Source of the DNA: an uncultured Clostridia bacterium
GTDB taxonomy: Bacteria > Bacillota > Clostridia > TANB77 > CAG-508
Direction of reading: 5' to 3'
Length of the DNA stretch: 55,852 bases
Assembly (NCBI GenBank): GCA_944391835.1
Contig: CALXVA010000003.1
Span: 1 to 55,852, forward strand
The notes under the pieces are model-generated. The model ran no database searches, was not told the DNA's origin, and saw nothing but the letters and a program-made list of their open reading frames with translations. Below, one piece after another: positions 39,769-50,231 of the stretch. Position numbers and translations under genes: made by a program. Each line of letters opens with the position of its first letter. The first letter of the stretch is position 1.

Positions 39769-42258
39769 ATGTTTCAAAATATAACAAGAGACTTATTTGA
39801 TAATCAGAGTGATGAAGAAATTGAAGAAAATAAAAAAGTTAATGCAAAAGATGTGATAAAAGGACTGCTTGCAAAGCAAAATATAATGCTATATGCTGTT
39901 ACATTTTTGATATCAATGGTGGGGTTTGATGAAAGTACACTCATGTTTAATATAACACCATTTGGACTAGCCATTATTGCAGGGTCTTTAAGCAATAATA
40001 GACCTATCGGTATAATGTATGTACTATCATTGATAGGAACATTCATTAGCTTTGGATTTAATAGCTTAGTTATGTATTTTATAACTTCATTAATCTTTTT
40101 TGCATTGATTTTAATCATAAGGCCAAAGCTACAAGATAATGTTAATGAGAAAAGGAAAATAGGAGTTCATCTATTTATTGCAGTATTACTTGTTCAACTA
40201 GTACCAATGCTTTTTAGAGATTTCTATGTATTTGATTTATTAACAAGCATAATGCTTAGTATGACTACATATATATTTTATAAAATTTTTACAAACTCAA
40301 TTACAATGATAATAGATTTTGGAGAAAGAAGAGCATTTTCAATAGAAGAGGTAACAGGGACAAGTTTACTACTTGCAATAACTATAACAGCGTTCGGAAG
40401 TTTAAATGTTTTTGGGTTTTCTATAAAAAATATTCTTAGTATATTAATAGTGCTTGTATTAGGGTGGAAAAATGGCATGCTAGTTGGTGCCACAGGAGGA
40501 ATAACAATAGGAGTAGTACTAGGAATAATTACAGGAACAGAGCCTATTATGATTGCAGCATATGCTATATCTGGCTTAATTGCAGGTCTGTTAAACAGAT
40601 TTGGAAGATTAGGTGTCATAGTAGGATTCACTTTAGGAAATGTAGTACTAGCATACGCAGCAAATGGAAATACAGTAGACCTTATACTATTTCAAGAAAT
40701 ACTAATTGCTTCATTGGGACTACTAATTATTCCTAAGAATATAGAGATAAACATAGAAGATTTAGTAGGGAAAACACCACTTTTACCAGAAAAAACAGAA
40801 AGAGATTTAGAAGAAAATAAAGATACAATATTTAAACTAAATAGTATATCTGATACTATATACGATATGGCAGAAAGCTATAGTGAGGCGGCTGCAACTA
40901 TACTTTCTGAAAAAGAATTGAAAGAGCAAGAAAAAGCAAATATTGATATATTTATGGAAGAATTAAAGAAAAACTTAGAAGATTTAGAAGACAACATGCT
41001 ATATGAAGAAATTTATTATCCAACAGAAGAGTTAATAACAGATATATTTGATTATTTATTAGAAAATGATGTGATTACAGAAAAGGAATTTGTTAAAATA
41101 TTAGAAAAAAATAACAACTATATAGTGGGCTTTGAAAATACGAAAAGTCAAGCAAATGAGGATATTTATAGAATTGTAAAAGCCATAAATTATTCATATA
41201 GAGTAAGTAAAATAAATTTTATTTGGAAGAAAAAACTAGATGAGAGCAAGAAAAATATATCAGAGCAATTGAGAGGAGTGTCTGAAGCTATTTCAAAAAT
41301 GGCAGATGATATAGACAAAGAAGAGGACAAGTTTGCTATTCAAAAGCAAGAAATACTAAAATTATTAGAGCAAAAAGATATTGAAATAAAAAATATTGAG
41401 ATAAAACAAAAAAGTTCTGGAAGATTTATTGTAGATATATATACAGATGTATGTGAAAATATGGATGGGACAGAATGTGATGTAAGAAGAATAAACAAAA
41501 TTTTAAACAAAGTTCTAAATCAAACTTTAATTTTACAAAATCAAATATGTGGATTAAGATTGAATAAGGATACATGCAAATTTACATATATATCTGATGA
41601 CAAATACAACATACAAATAGGTATAGCAAAATCAACTAAGGAAGGTTCACCTGTATCTGGAGATAGTATTCTGCAAATAAAATTACAGGATGGTAAATAC
41701 TTGTTAGCATTAAGTGATGGAATGGGTTCGGGCCCAGAAGCTATGAAGAGTAGTAAAATAGCAGTAAAAATGTTAGAAAGATTATTGTCAGCTGGATTTG
41801 AGAAAGAAGTATCATTAAAGTTAATAAATTCTACCCTTTCAGCAAATACAGAAGAAGACATGTATGCAACATTAGATATAGAAATTCTAGATTTATTTAA
41901 TGGAAATATGGAATTTATCAAAAATGGAGCATGTCCAACCTATGTAAAAAGGAGGAAAAATGTTCAAATGTTAAAATCCATGTCATTACCAACAGGAATA
42001 TTAAACAATGTGGATTTAATAGTATATGATTATGATTTACAAGATGGAGACATTTTAGTAATGTGTACTGACGGAGTAATAGACTCAAACAAAGAATATG
42101 TTAATAAGCAGTTATGGCTACAATACTTATTGGAGGACATAGAAGCAACTGATGCACAGAAAATTGCAGATTTAATAATCGGAGAAGCGATAGACAATGA
42201 TTATGGAAAACAAAAAGACGACATGAGTGTGATTGTAGCTAAAGTTAGTAAGAAATAG
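39769..42258 (+). CDS. spoIIE: Stage II sporulation protein E (membrane PP2C phosphatase)
   Basis: Multi-TM N-terminus; C-terminal VSGDS, LSDGMGSG, ATLD, K.GACPTY, TDGV, DDMSV. Confidence 0.95.
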   Translation: MFQNITRDLFDNQSDEEIEENKKVNAKDVIKGLLAKQNIMLYAVTFLISMVGFDESTLMFNITPFGLAIIAGSLSNNRPIGIMYVLSLIGTFISFGFNSLVMYFITSLIFFALILIIRPKLQDNVNEKRKIGVHLFIAVLLVQLVPMLFRDFYVFDLLTSIMLSMTTYIFYKIFTNSITMIIDFGERRAFSIEEVTGTSLLLAITITAFGSLNVFGFSIKNILSILIVLVLGWKNGMLVGATGGITIGVVLGIITGTEPIMIAAYAISGLIAGLLNRFGRLGVIVGFTLGNVVLAYAANGNTVDLILFQEILIASLGLLIIPKNIEINIEDLVGKTPLLPEKTERDLEENKDTIFKLNSISDTIYDMAESYSEAAATILSEKELKEQEKANIDIFMEELKKNLEDLEDNMLYEEIYYPTEELITDIFDYLLENDVITEKEFVKILEKNNNYIVGFENTKSQANEDIYRIVKAINYSYRVSKINFIWKKKLDESKKNISEQLRGVSEAISKMADDIDKEEDKFAIQKQEILKLLEQKDIEIKNIEIKQKSSGRFIVDIYTDVCENMDGTECDVRRINKILNKVLNQTLILQNQICGLRLNKDTCKFTYISDDKYNIQIGIAKSTKEGSPVSGDSILQIKLQDGKYLLALSDGMGSGPEAMKSSKIAVKMLERLLSAGFEKEVSLKLINSTLSANTEEDMYATLDIEILDLFNGNMEFIKNGACPTYVKRRKNVQMLKSMSLPTGILNNVDLIVYDYDLQDGDILVMCTDGVIDSNKEYVNKQLWLQYLLEDIEATDAQKIADLIIGEAIDNDYGKQKDDMSVIVAKVSKK

Positions 42259-42278
42259 TACCGAAAGGTACTATTTTT
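42253..42278 (+). terminator. Rho-independent terminator of spoIIE
   Basis: AAATAGTACC-GAAA-GGTACTATTT followed by TT. Confidence 0.85.
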
Positions 42279-42562
42279 GTTGCAAGTTAGTGCTTTAATA
42301 TTATGATTTGGGATTATAACTAATTTTGGACAAGTTAGAGTAGGCTTCTAAAAAAAGTATGAAAATATGGAATGGAGAGTGATTTGAGTATAGAAATTCT
42401 TAATGTATTTTATGGAAAGAGTTCATCTTTGATGGAAGGGTGCCATAAAATACATATAGAATTTCTATGAAAATCAGCTGGACCGACATATTTGAAATAC
42501 TTTTTTTAGAAGTTTACTCTAACTTATATAATTTTTATAATATTAAGGCACTAACTTGCAAC
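42279..42562. mobile_element. Fold-back element E2; MITE-like with TIRs and a 7-bp target-site duplication
   Basis: 26-bp TIR GTTGCAAGTTAGTGCTTTAATATTAT (1 mismatch) and nested IRs along the whole length. TATTTTT at 42272-42278 and 42563-42569. No ORF. Confidence 0.65.
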
Positions 42563-42655
42563 TATTTTTGGGAAAAATACACAATAATGTTGTAATTAGA
42601 CCCAAAAATATGATATAGTATACATGTAAAAAAATATCTTTTTTTGGAGGTCACT

Positions 42656-44185
42656 ATGAGTAGAGGTAAAAGATATGACGGAGAACAAAAGCTGAATGTA
42701 AAAAAAGTCTTTGCGGTTTTAATAGCAATAGCAGTAATAGTTATGTTTGTTATTGGTATTAGAGAGTTATTAAATACAGAAGATACCCCACAAGAGAAAG
42801 TTGTGGCTTTGAGATATTTTCCAGTATATACAGATGGTAAATGGGGAGTTATAGATTCGAGAGGCAATATTATAATAGAACCTACACATGACGAATATAT
42901 AGTGATACCAGACAATCAAAAACCTATATTTATATGTACAATAAACGTAAATTATGCGGACAATACTTATGATACAAAAGTATTAAATGAAAAAGGTGAA
43001 GAATTATTTACAGATTATGACTTGGTAGAAGCAATAGAAAATCACGACGAAAGTAATAATTTGTGGTATCAATCAGGATTATTAAAAGTTTCAAAAGATG
43101 GCAAATATGGTTTGATTGATACAAATGGTAGTCAAATAGCTAGTTGCGAATATGATTCTATTACAGCACTAGCTGGAGTAGAAAATAGTTTACTTACTGA
43201 AAAAGATGGCAAATATGGACTAATAGATAATGTTGGGTCTACTATAATAGATAATAATTATGAAGAAATAATACCTATTTCAGATAGGTTTGAAGATGGA
43301 TATATAGTAAGGAACGAAGATAGTAAATATGGTGTAATAACATATACAAAAACAGTTGCTGTACAAGAAAACTATGATAACATTAAGAGTGTATATGGTG
43401 GAGGAAAATACCATATAGTTAATGAAAATAATAACTGGGAAATTGTAGATACAGACGGAAATAAATACTTAGAAGGAGACTATGACGATATTATAGATAT
43501 TGCTGGAGAAAATGCAATAGTAGAAGAAGGAGGAAAATTCGGTGTCGTATCTATAACAGATGGTAGAAGTATAATCGATACGCAATATGATTCAATCAGT
43601 TATGCAGAAGGCAACCACTACATAGTACAAAATGATTCTAAATATGGAATTGTGGATGCAAGTGGTAATACTGTTCTTGACCTTAAATATTCAAATATAG
43701 TATATAGAGGCACAGGTAATTTCTATGAAGCAACAAATAAGGATTATACATCAGATTTATTAGATACAGATTTGAATGTACGATTATCTAGTGTTATATT
43801 ATCAGAAGTAAACGAATCAAAAGGCTATTTTAGAGTAAGAGAAAGCAATGAATATAAATATTATAATTTTAGATTTGAGGAGAGAACTAGTAGCGAAATA
43901 CTAAATGGAAATACAATTTTCTTAAGTAGAAATGAAGAAGGAAAATATGGTTTTGTAGACGCAAACGGAAATGTTGTAGTAAACTATATATATGATGAAG
44001 CTAGAGAGCAAAATGATTATGGATATGCTAGTGTAAAACAAGATGGATTATGGGGGGCAGTAGATTCACTAGGACAAATAGCAGTGTCACCATCATATAA
44101 TCTAGATAATAATATTTTGGTAGAATTTATTGGTAAATGGCATTTGGGAGAAGATTTGAATTTATACTATTTTACCGATGAATAA
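42656..44185 (+). CDS. Membrane-anchored WG (KWG) repeat protein
   Basis: Repeated 'GK(W/Y)G.ID..G..I....YD' units; N-terminal TM; ATG after GGAGG. Confidence 0.85.
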   Translation: MSRGKRYDGEQKLNVKKVFAVLIAIAVIVMFVIGIRELLNTEDTPQEKVVALRYFPVYTDGKWGVIDSRGNIIIEPTHDEYIVIPDNQKPIFICTINVNYADNTYDTKVLNEKGEELFTDYDLVEAIENHDESNNLWYQSGLLKVSKDGKYGLIDTNGSQIASCEYDSITALAGVENSLLTEKDGKYGLIDNVGSTIIDNNYEEIIPISDRFEDGYIVRNEDSKYGVITYTKTVAVQENYDNIKSVYGGGKYHIVNENNNWEIVDTDGNKYLEGDYDDIIDIAGENAIVEEGGKFGVVSITDGRSIIDTQYDSISYAEGNHYIVQNDSKYGIVDASGNTVLDLKYSNIVYRGTGNFYEATNKDYTSDLLDTDLNVRLSSVILSEVNESKGYFRVRESNEYKYYNFRFEERTSSEILNGNTIFLSRNEEGKYGFVDANGNVVVNYIYDEAREQNDYGYASVKQDGLWGAVDSLGQIAVSPSYNLDNNILVEFIGKWHLGEDLNLYYFTDE

Positions 44186-44250
44186 TATAAAAGCCAATTA
44201 AATAATAACCTAAAAGAAGTTAACCGTATAAAAACTTAGGAGGAAAAATA

Positions 44251-45501
44251 ATGGAACTTATGACAAAATATCAATATACATATTTTATCTATCCATATAT
44301 GATAGAAGAAGAAAAATATAAAAAATATTTACAAGGTTTATTAAGAAATAAGAAATGCAAATTAAGAATATTTGATAAACAAAAAGATATACATTTATAT
44401 ACCTACTTTTTGCCTAATATTAGAAAGTACATGTTTTGGTCTTTCGATACCAATAGACAAGGAATAAAAGATTTCAATAAATTAGATACATCTGTTAAGG
44501 CAACATTACTTGCAGAGCGTGATTGCAATGTGTTTAATTATGAACTTGAAGAAAATTTGCAAGGTAAAGTAGATGATAATAATTGTATATTTTTTGAAAT
44601 AACAGGAATTAAAATTATATGTTTTAAGACAGGCGTATGTTTTTTGGTTTTTAAAACAAACCTTGAAAATAGTGAAAATTTTTCAGATATCTTAAATTTT
44701 AATTATAAATTTAGAGAAGTAAACTCTATAGCATATAATTTAAAAGAGTATGAAAATATAAAAATACAGTCAAGTTCATTTAAAAATGTAAAAGATATTA
44801 CAACATTAATTAAAGAAATAACAGGGACTGAAAACATTACTAATGAAACCAATATTGGAAGTGAAAAGTTTTTTGTATATTCGTATTCATGCTTAGATCA
44901 AAAAGATTGGAACGAGAATACAAATGAAGAAGATCTTGACAATTTGTTTGAAAAATATCGTTCTGTACTTCCATCTAATTCACAAATATTAGATGATAAA
45001 TATGCAAGGAAGACAGAAAATGCAAATGAGAAGAAAATAATTTATAAAAATCAATATATAAAATATGGTTTTACATCTACAAGTACTGTGCTTTTTACAT
45101 CAAATATAAATACTTCTAATTTTACAATTGTACCACAAAAATTTGAAAGTGAATATTTTTATACATACATATTAGTATTATATAAAAAAATATTACTAAA
45201 TAAATTAAATTATGATTTCAAATCAAAATTTAAAAAGGCAGAGGAAGGGCTAATAAATTTTACAAAACAAATATGGATACAAGATATAACTAATGAAGAA
45301 TTTGGAAAAAAATTAGAATCAGCTTGGATGGAAAATTTAGGAATAGAAACAACATATTCAAAGATAAAGAATGAATATGATGTATCATATAAAAAACATA
45401 ATGTTGAAGAGTTAAGTAAAAATAATAAAATAACTAGAGTTGTGGTTATTACAATATTAGTTGTTAATATTTTGACAATATTGTATGTAAGCTTAAAATA
45501 G
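44251..45501 (+). CDS. Hypothetical protein with one C-terminal TM (weak CorA-like resemblance)
   Basis: 416-aa ORF with RBS AGGAGG; soluble body, helical region, terminal hydrophobic stretch. Confidence 0.6.
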   Translation: MELMTKYQYTYFIYPYMIEEEKYKKYLQGLLRNKKCKLRIFDKQKDIHLYTYFLPNIRKYMFWSFDTNRQGIKDFNKLDTSVKATLLAERDCNVFNYELEENLQGKVDDNNCIFFEITGIKIICFKTGVCFLVFKTNLENSENFSDILNFNYKFREVNSIAYNLKEYENIKIQSSSFKNVKDITTLIKEITGTENITNETNIGSEKFFVYSYSCLDQKDWNENTNEEDLDNLFEKYRSVLPSNSQILDDKYARKTENANEKKIIYKNQYIKYGFTSTSTVLFTSNINTSNFTIVPQKFESEYFYTYILVLYKKILLNKLNYDFKSKFKKAEEGLINFTKQIWIQDITNEEFGKKLESAWMENLGIETTYSKIKNEYDVSYKKHNVEELSKNNKITRVVVITILVVNILTILYVSLK

Positions 45502-45513
45502 AATATTGTTTAT

Positions 45514-45555
45514 TGAAGATATATATTTTTCTTTGATAAAAAATATATATCTTCA
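45514..45555. terminator. AT-rich hairpin
   Basis: TGAAGATATATATTTTT...AAAAATATATATCTTCA. Confidence 0.55.
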
Positions 45556-45585
45556 TTCATAATAAAATAAAAGTAGGAGGACGGA

Positions 45586-45987
45586 ATGAAGATTACAACA
45601 GGCATAGATATAATAGAAGTTAATAGAATAAAGAATTCTATAGAGGAGTTAGGGAACTCCTTTTTAAATAGAATTTATACTCAAAAAGAAATAGATTATT
45701 GTAATAAATCAGGAGAAGCAATAAAGTATCAGCACTTTGCTGCACGATTTGCTGCAAAAGAAGCAATTTTCAAAGCTATTTCGGAATTTATTCATGGCCG
45801 AGAAGATGCTTTGTGGAAGAACATAGAAATAATGAATATAGAAGGTGGAAAGCCTGTAATAAATGTGGATAAACTAAAGAATAATATTGAGAAATCTGCA
45901 GATAATTTAAAATTAGAAAGCATAGATGTTAGTATTTCGCATATAAAAGATTATGCTGTGGCTAGTGTGGTTGCAGTATTTAACTAA
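45586..45987 (+). CDS. acpS: Holo-ACP synthase
   Basis: GIDIIE, RFAAKEA..KA, GKP, SISH. Confidence 0.95.
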   Translation: MKITTGIDIIEVNRIKNSIEELGNSFLNRIYTQKEIDYCNKSGEAIKYQHFAARFAAKEAIFKAISEFIHGREDALWKNIEIMNIEGGKPVINVDKLKNNIEKSADNLKLESIDVSISHIKDYAVASVVAVFN

Positions 45988-46097
45988 TTATTGGAAAAAG
46001 TTTTAGAAAATACTATTTATAGATTGAAATATACATTGGTTGGTAGAATAAGATGTAACAATTTTCTAGAGCTAAGTAAGTTTGAATGGAGGTTATT

Positions 46098-46892
46098 ATG
46101 GAACTTTTCGATTCACATGCACATTATAATGATGACAAGTTTGATGAAGATAGAGAAGAAGTAATAGAGTCAATATATAATTCTGGTGTAACTAAATTAA
46201 TCAATGCTGGATACAGTTTAGAATCTTCGATTTATGCATTACAAATTGCCAAAAACTATAGTTGGATGTATACTATTTCAGGTATTTCGCCCAATGATAT
46301 TCCAGCTTCTATAGAAGAAATCGAAATACAATTAAACAAATTAGTAGAAATTATAAAAAACGAAAGAAATAATAAAAAAATCGTAGCAATAGGAGAAATA
46401 GGATTAGACTACTACTGGGAAAAAAATATTGAGAGAAGAAATATTCAAAAAGATACTTTTATAAAACAGATAGAAATTGCAAACAATCTTGAGTTACCAA
46501 TTGTAATTCATACAAGAGAAGCAGTAATGGATACTTTAGAAATTTTAAAAGAACATCAAGTTATAAAAAAAGGAGTATTTCATTGTTGCCCATTAAATAG
46601 AGAATTAGTAAAAGAAGCAATTAAATTAGGTTACTATATATCATTTGCAGGACCAATTACGTTTAAAAACTCTAAAAATGCTAATGAAATTATAGAATTA
46701 GTACCACTAGATAGAATGTTAATTGAAACAGATAGTCCATACCTTTCTCCAGAGCCTAATAGAGGAAAGAGAAATGATTCTAGGAATGTTAGATTTATTG
46801 CAGAGAAGATTGCTAGTGCAAGGCAAATGCCTGTGGATGAAATTGCCAAAATTACGTATGAAAATGCTTGTAGAGTGTTTGAAATTAAGTGA
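46098..46892 (+). CDS. tatD: TatD family nuclease (YabD-like)
   Basis: DSHAH, AIGEIGLDY, IHTREA, GVFHC, ETDSPYL. Confidence 0.93.
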   Translation: MELFDSHAHYNDDKFDEDREEVIESIYNSGVTKLINAGYSLESSIYALQIAKNYSWMYTISGISPNDIPASIEEIEIQLNKLVEIIKNERNNKKIVAIGEIGLDYYWEKNIERRNIQKDTFIKQIEIANNLELPIVIHTREAVMDTLEILKEHQVIKKGVFHCCPLNRELVKEAIKLGYYISFAGPITFKNSKNANEIIELVPLDRMLIETDSPYLSPEPNRGKRNDSRNVRFIAEKIASARQMPVDEIAKITYENACRVFEIK

Positions 46893-46921
46893 AATGGAAT
46901 TTAAGTATAATTAAAAGTAAC

Positions 46922-47135
46922 AATTAAGAGAAGGTATATATTTCTTTATTTATGTTTCCGTTCCCCCAACGGCATAACAATCTGTAGTAAAAATTACAAT
47001 GGTTTACTACCTAATTCTACCTTTAAGAAAAAACAAGTTTTTTCTTAAAGAGTAATTTTTCCACAGATTGTAATTTGTTGGTCCCCACCTTAAGAACTTC
47101 AACATAAATAAAGAAATATATACCTTCTCTTAATT
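46922..47135. repeat. Fold-back element E3
   Basis: Perfect 35-bp terminal IR (46922-46956 / 47101-47135), an inner imperfect stem, and a perfect 14-bp hairpin at 47021-47050. Confidence 0.7.
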
Positions 47136-47155
47136 TTAAAACTTAGTATTGATTC

Positions 47156-48058
47156 CTATTTTAAATTCCTAATTGCCTCAATTCTGTCATCTATAGATGG
47201 GTGAGTCGACAACAAGCTTGTTTTCTTTTTCTTACCATCTTTCAAATTAGATTTAAAAGGGTCTGAAATATACATATGAGCAGTAGAATTATTTGCAGTT
47301 TTTAATGTATGTGTGTCTGCATCTAGTTTTTGTAAAGCTGAAATTAAGCCATCTGGATTTCTAGTAAGTTCAACGGCACTAGCATCAGCTAAGAACTCTC
47401 TACGTCTAGATAATGCTAATTGCATAAGTTTACCAAATATTGGAGCTAATATTAAGCATATAAGACCAATTAGCATTAGTATTGGATTAGCATTCCTGTC
47501 ATTATCGCTATCTCTGCTTCCACCCCAGAACAAAGCACGGCTAACCCAGTCTGTTAAGATTACCATAAAACCTACCATTACGCTAACAACAGCAGATAAT
47601 CGTATATCATAGTTTTTTATATGAGATAATTCATGTGCTATAACACCTTCAAGCTCGTAATAATCCATAATATCTAGCAATCCAGTTGTAACGCAAATTA
47701 CGGCATTTTGTGGATTTCTGCCTGTCGCAAAAGCATTTGGTTGAGGGTCATCGACAACATACAATTTAGGTCTATCTGATAAACCTGATGATACCATTAG
47801 GCCATCAAGAATATTATTTAATTTTTCATACTGCTCAGGCGAAGCGGGATGAGCTTTATTTATAGATAAAACTATTTTATCACTATAATAGTATGAAGCC
47901 CAAGCAGAACCTATGGAAAATATCATTGCTATAATGATTGACATGACACCTAAGTCAAACGCCATACATATATAATATATAATTAAAGCAATTACTACTA
48001 TAAATAACGATACTATCAAACCTGTTTTTATTTTATTGTTTCTAATATCTTCATACAT
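47156..48058 (-). CDS. htpX: M48 zinc metalloprotease HtpX
   Basis: PNAFATG, HELSH, SRRREFLAD, STHPS; downstream of lemA. Confidence 0.93.
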   Translation of the reverse strand: MYEDIRNNKIKTGLIVSLFIVVIALIIYYICMAFDLGVMSIIIAMIFSIGSAWASYYYSDKIVLSINKAHPASPEQYEKLNNILDGLMVSSGLSDRPKLYVVDDPQPNAFATGRNPQNAVICVTTGLLDIMDYYELEGVIAHELSHIKNYDIRLSAVVSVMVGFMVILTDWVSRALFWGGSRDSDNDRNANPILMLIGLICLILAPIFGKLMQLALSRRREFLADASAVELTRNPDGLISALQKLDADTHTLKTANNSTAHMYISDPFKSNLKDGKKKKTSLLSTHPSIDDRIEAIRNLK

Positions 48059-48185
48059 ATTTTGTACCAATCCTTTTAATATATAATATAGCCACAAATT
48101 ATTAAAAAGTATGTAATAATAAGTTTGTATTAAGTAAACAAGATTATAACTTACTTTTATAATAGTGTGGCCATTTAGTTATAAA

Positions 48186-48740
48186 TTATTTATTAAAATC
48201 TACTTTAACATTTTGCCTAGCTTCTTGGTTGTCTACTTCAAATAAATTCTCTGATTTAAAATTAAATACTGATGCTATAACATTAGAAGGAAATGTCTCT
48301 AGCTTAATGTTGTACCTTGTTACAGTATCGTTATAAAATTGTCTTGAATAAGATATTTTATTTTCAGTATTTGTTAATTCTGTCTGTAATTCACTAAAAT
48401 TTTGATTTGCTTTTAAATCAGGGTAGTTTTCAGCAACAGCCATAATTGTTTTTAAAGATTCAGATAATTGATTATCTAATTTAGCTTTTTCGTCAACAGT
48501 CTTAGCTTCTGCCCAAGAAGAACGTAAATCTGTAACTTTAGTTAAAACATCAGCTTCATGTTCCATATATCCTTTTACTGTTTCCACTAAATTTGGAATT
48601 AAATCAAATCTTCTTTGTAATTGCACATCAATTTGACTCCATGCGTTTTTAACTCTTTGGCGCATTGTTACTAAGCTATTGTACATTGCGATTATTGCTA
48701 TAATAATTATTACAACTATTGCTAATATAATCCACCACAT
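48186..48740 (-). CDS. lemA: LemA family protein
   Basis: [33 protein letters not shown]; ATG 48740 follows AAGGAGGAG. Confidence 0.95.
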   Translation of the reverse strand: MWWIILAIVVIIIIAIIAMYNSLVTMRQRVKNAWSQIDVQLQRRFDLIPNLVETVKGYMEHEADVLTKVTDLRSSWAEAKTVDEKAKLDNQLSESLKTIMAVAENYPDLKANQNFSELQTELTNTENKISYSRQFYNDTVTRYNIKLETFPSNVIASVFNFKSENLFEVDNQEARQNVKVDFNK

Positions 48741-48969
48741 AAAATTCTCCTCCTTAAATATAATATATGAATATAATAACATATTACTAATTATTATACA
48801 ACAATTATAATAAATATATGTGAACTTATTGTGAAAAAACAAAAAAATATTAGTAATATTTTTTGTACAAGCTGAATATAATAGTAATATAAGGTTTTAA
48901 AGGAATATTATAGAAAAAGAAAAAACAAGAAACAGCTAATTTAGGCCATTTTAGAGAGTAAGCCAAAAT

Positions 48970-48998
48970 TTGACAAAAGAAAATTATTATGGTACAAT
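48970..48998 (+). promoter_or_regulatory. Sigma-A promoter
   Basis: TTGACA-17 bp-TACAAT with TG extension. Confidence 0.75.
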
Positions 48999-49034
48999 TA
49001 AGATGTTGCTTTTAAAGGAGGGAACAAATTTCGT

Positions 49035-50036
49035 ATGAAAAATGATGATAAGGCGTCAATATCGCTGAAAAAAATAGTATGTATAAGCATTATACTTATA
49101 TTCTTACTTAGTGTTGGCGTAATGGCAGGTAATGTCAAGGTAAATAATGTAAAAATTGTTCTATCAAGCGGATATGAGATGGATGTTTTTACAACTAAGA
49201 CAAGTGTCAAAGATATTTTAGACGAAAATCACATTGTATTATTAGAGGATGAAAAGGTAACACCAGACACAACAGAAGAACTATCTGATAATAACACAAT
49301 TATAATATCAAAAGAAACAGAAAATGTTGAGGTTTTTGAAAAAGTTGAAAAATCTTCAGAAGTTTCTACAGAAGATATATTAGATAATTATTCAAAGATT
49401 ATAGAAAAAATAATTGTTGAAAAAGAAACAATACCTTATGAAACTATAACAAAAGACGTTACAACAGGAAGTGGAACAAAACAAGATAGAGTTATACAAG
49501 AAGGCGAAAACGGAATAAAAGAAGTAACATATAAGGTAAAATACCAAAATGGTGAAGAAATAGAAAAAACAGAAATTAAATCAGAGGTTATAAAAGAGCC
49601 TGTTGATAAAATTGTAGAAATAAGAACAAAACAAATTACTACAAGAAGTAGTTCAAAAACAACTTATAGTGGTGGCAAATGGACATATTCTGACAGTGAA
49701 TTAGATTTATTATGTGCAATAACAGCACAAGAGTGTAGTTCAAGTTATGAAGGTGCATTAGCAGTTATAACAACAGCATGTAATAGAACTGTAAGTAGTA
49801 GTTGGAAAAGTTATGGTTCTGATCCACTAAGCCAATATATGGCACCTAGTCAATTCTGTTATTCAATAGATAATCATTGGAGAAAGAGGTTAAATGGAAA
49901 TTATCCATCATATGTTAAACAAGCTGTTTTAGATGCGTTAAATGGTAAAAGAAATCACACATATTTATCATTTAGAGCTGCAGGATACCATTCAGGAGAA
50001 ATAATAGGTGGAAATGTATATTTCAACTCATTATAG
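49035..50036 (+). CDS. YabE-like protein: DUF348 + G5 + SleB/CwlJ-type (Hydrolase_2) cell-wall hydrolase domain
   Basis: 'TTKTSVKDILDE' DUF348; G5 'IPYETI...VIQEGENG...KEPVDKIVEI'; C-terminal 'LLCAITAQE...GALAV..TACNR...APSQF'. Confidence 0.75.
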   Translation: MKNDDKASISLKKIVCISIILIFLLSVGVMAGNVKVNNVKIVLSSGYEMDVFTTKTSVKDILDENHIVLLEDEKVTPDTTEELSDNNTIIISKETENVEVFEKVEKSSEVSTEDILDNYSKIIEKIIVEKETIPYETITKDVTTGSGTKQDRVIQEGENGIKEVTYKVKYQNGEEIEKTEIKSEVIKEPVDKIVEIRTKQITTRSSSKTTYSGGKWTYSDSELDLLCAITAQECSSSYEGALAVITTACNRTVSSSWKSYGSDPLSQYMAPSQFCYSIDNHWRKRLNGNYPSYVKQAVLDALNGKRNHTYLSFRAAGYHSGEIIGGNVYFNSL

Positions 50037-50058
50037 AAATTAAATAATAACAAAATTA

Positions 50059-50084
50059 AAAGGAGATGGGAAACTATCTCCTTT
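50059..50084 (+). terminator. Terminator
   Basis: AAAGGAGATGG-GAAA-CTATCTCCTTT. Confidence 0.7.
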
Positions 50085-50231
50085 AGTGATATATAGAAAG
50101 TATATATATTGTATGCTATTAAAATACTTATTTGTAAAATTTATAACTTATTGTGTAGATAGCAAATATCAAAAAATTTAAGATTAATGTACATACTTGT
50201 AAAACAGGTTTTGTAGGAAAGGGAGTAATAT

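Noticed and set aside
39278-47135. Hammerhead/viroid-like ribozymes in the fold-back elements
   Set aside because: No CTGATGA...GAAA core was seen on either strand by eye. An Infernal search would be needed to exclude other ribozymes.
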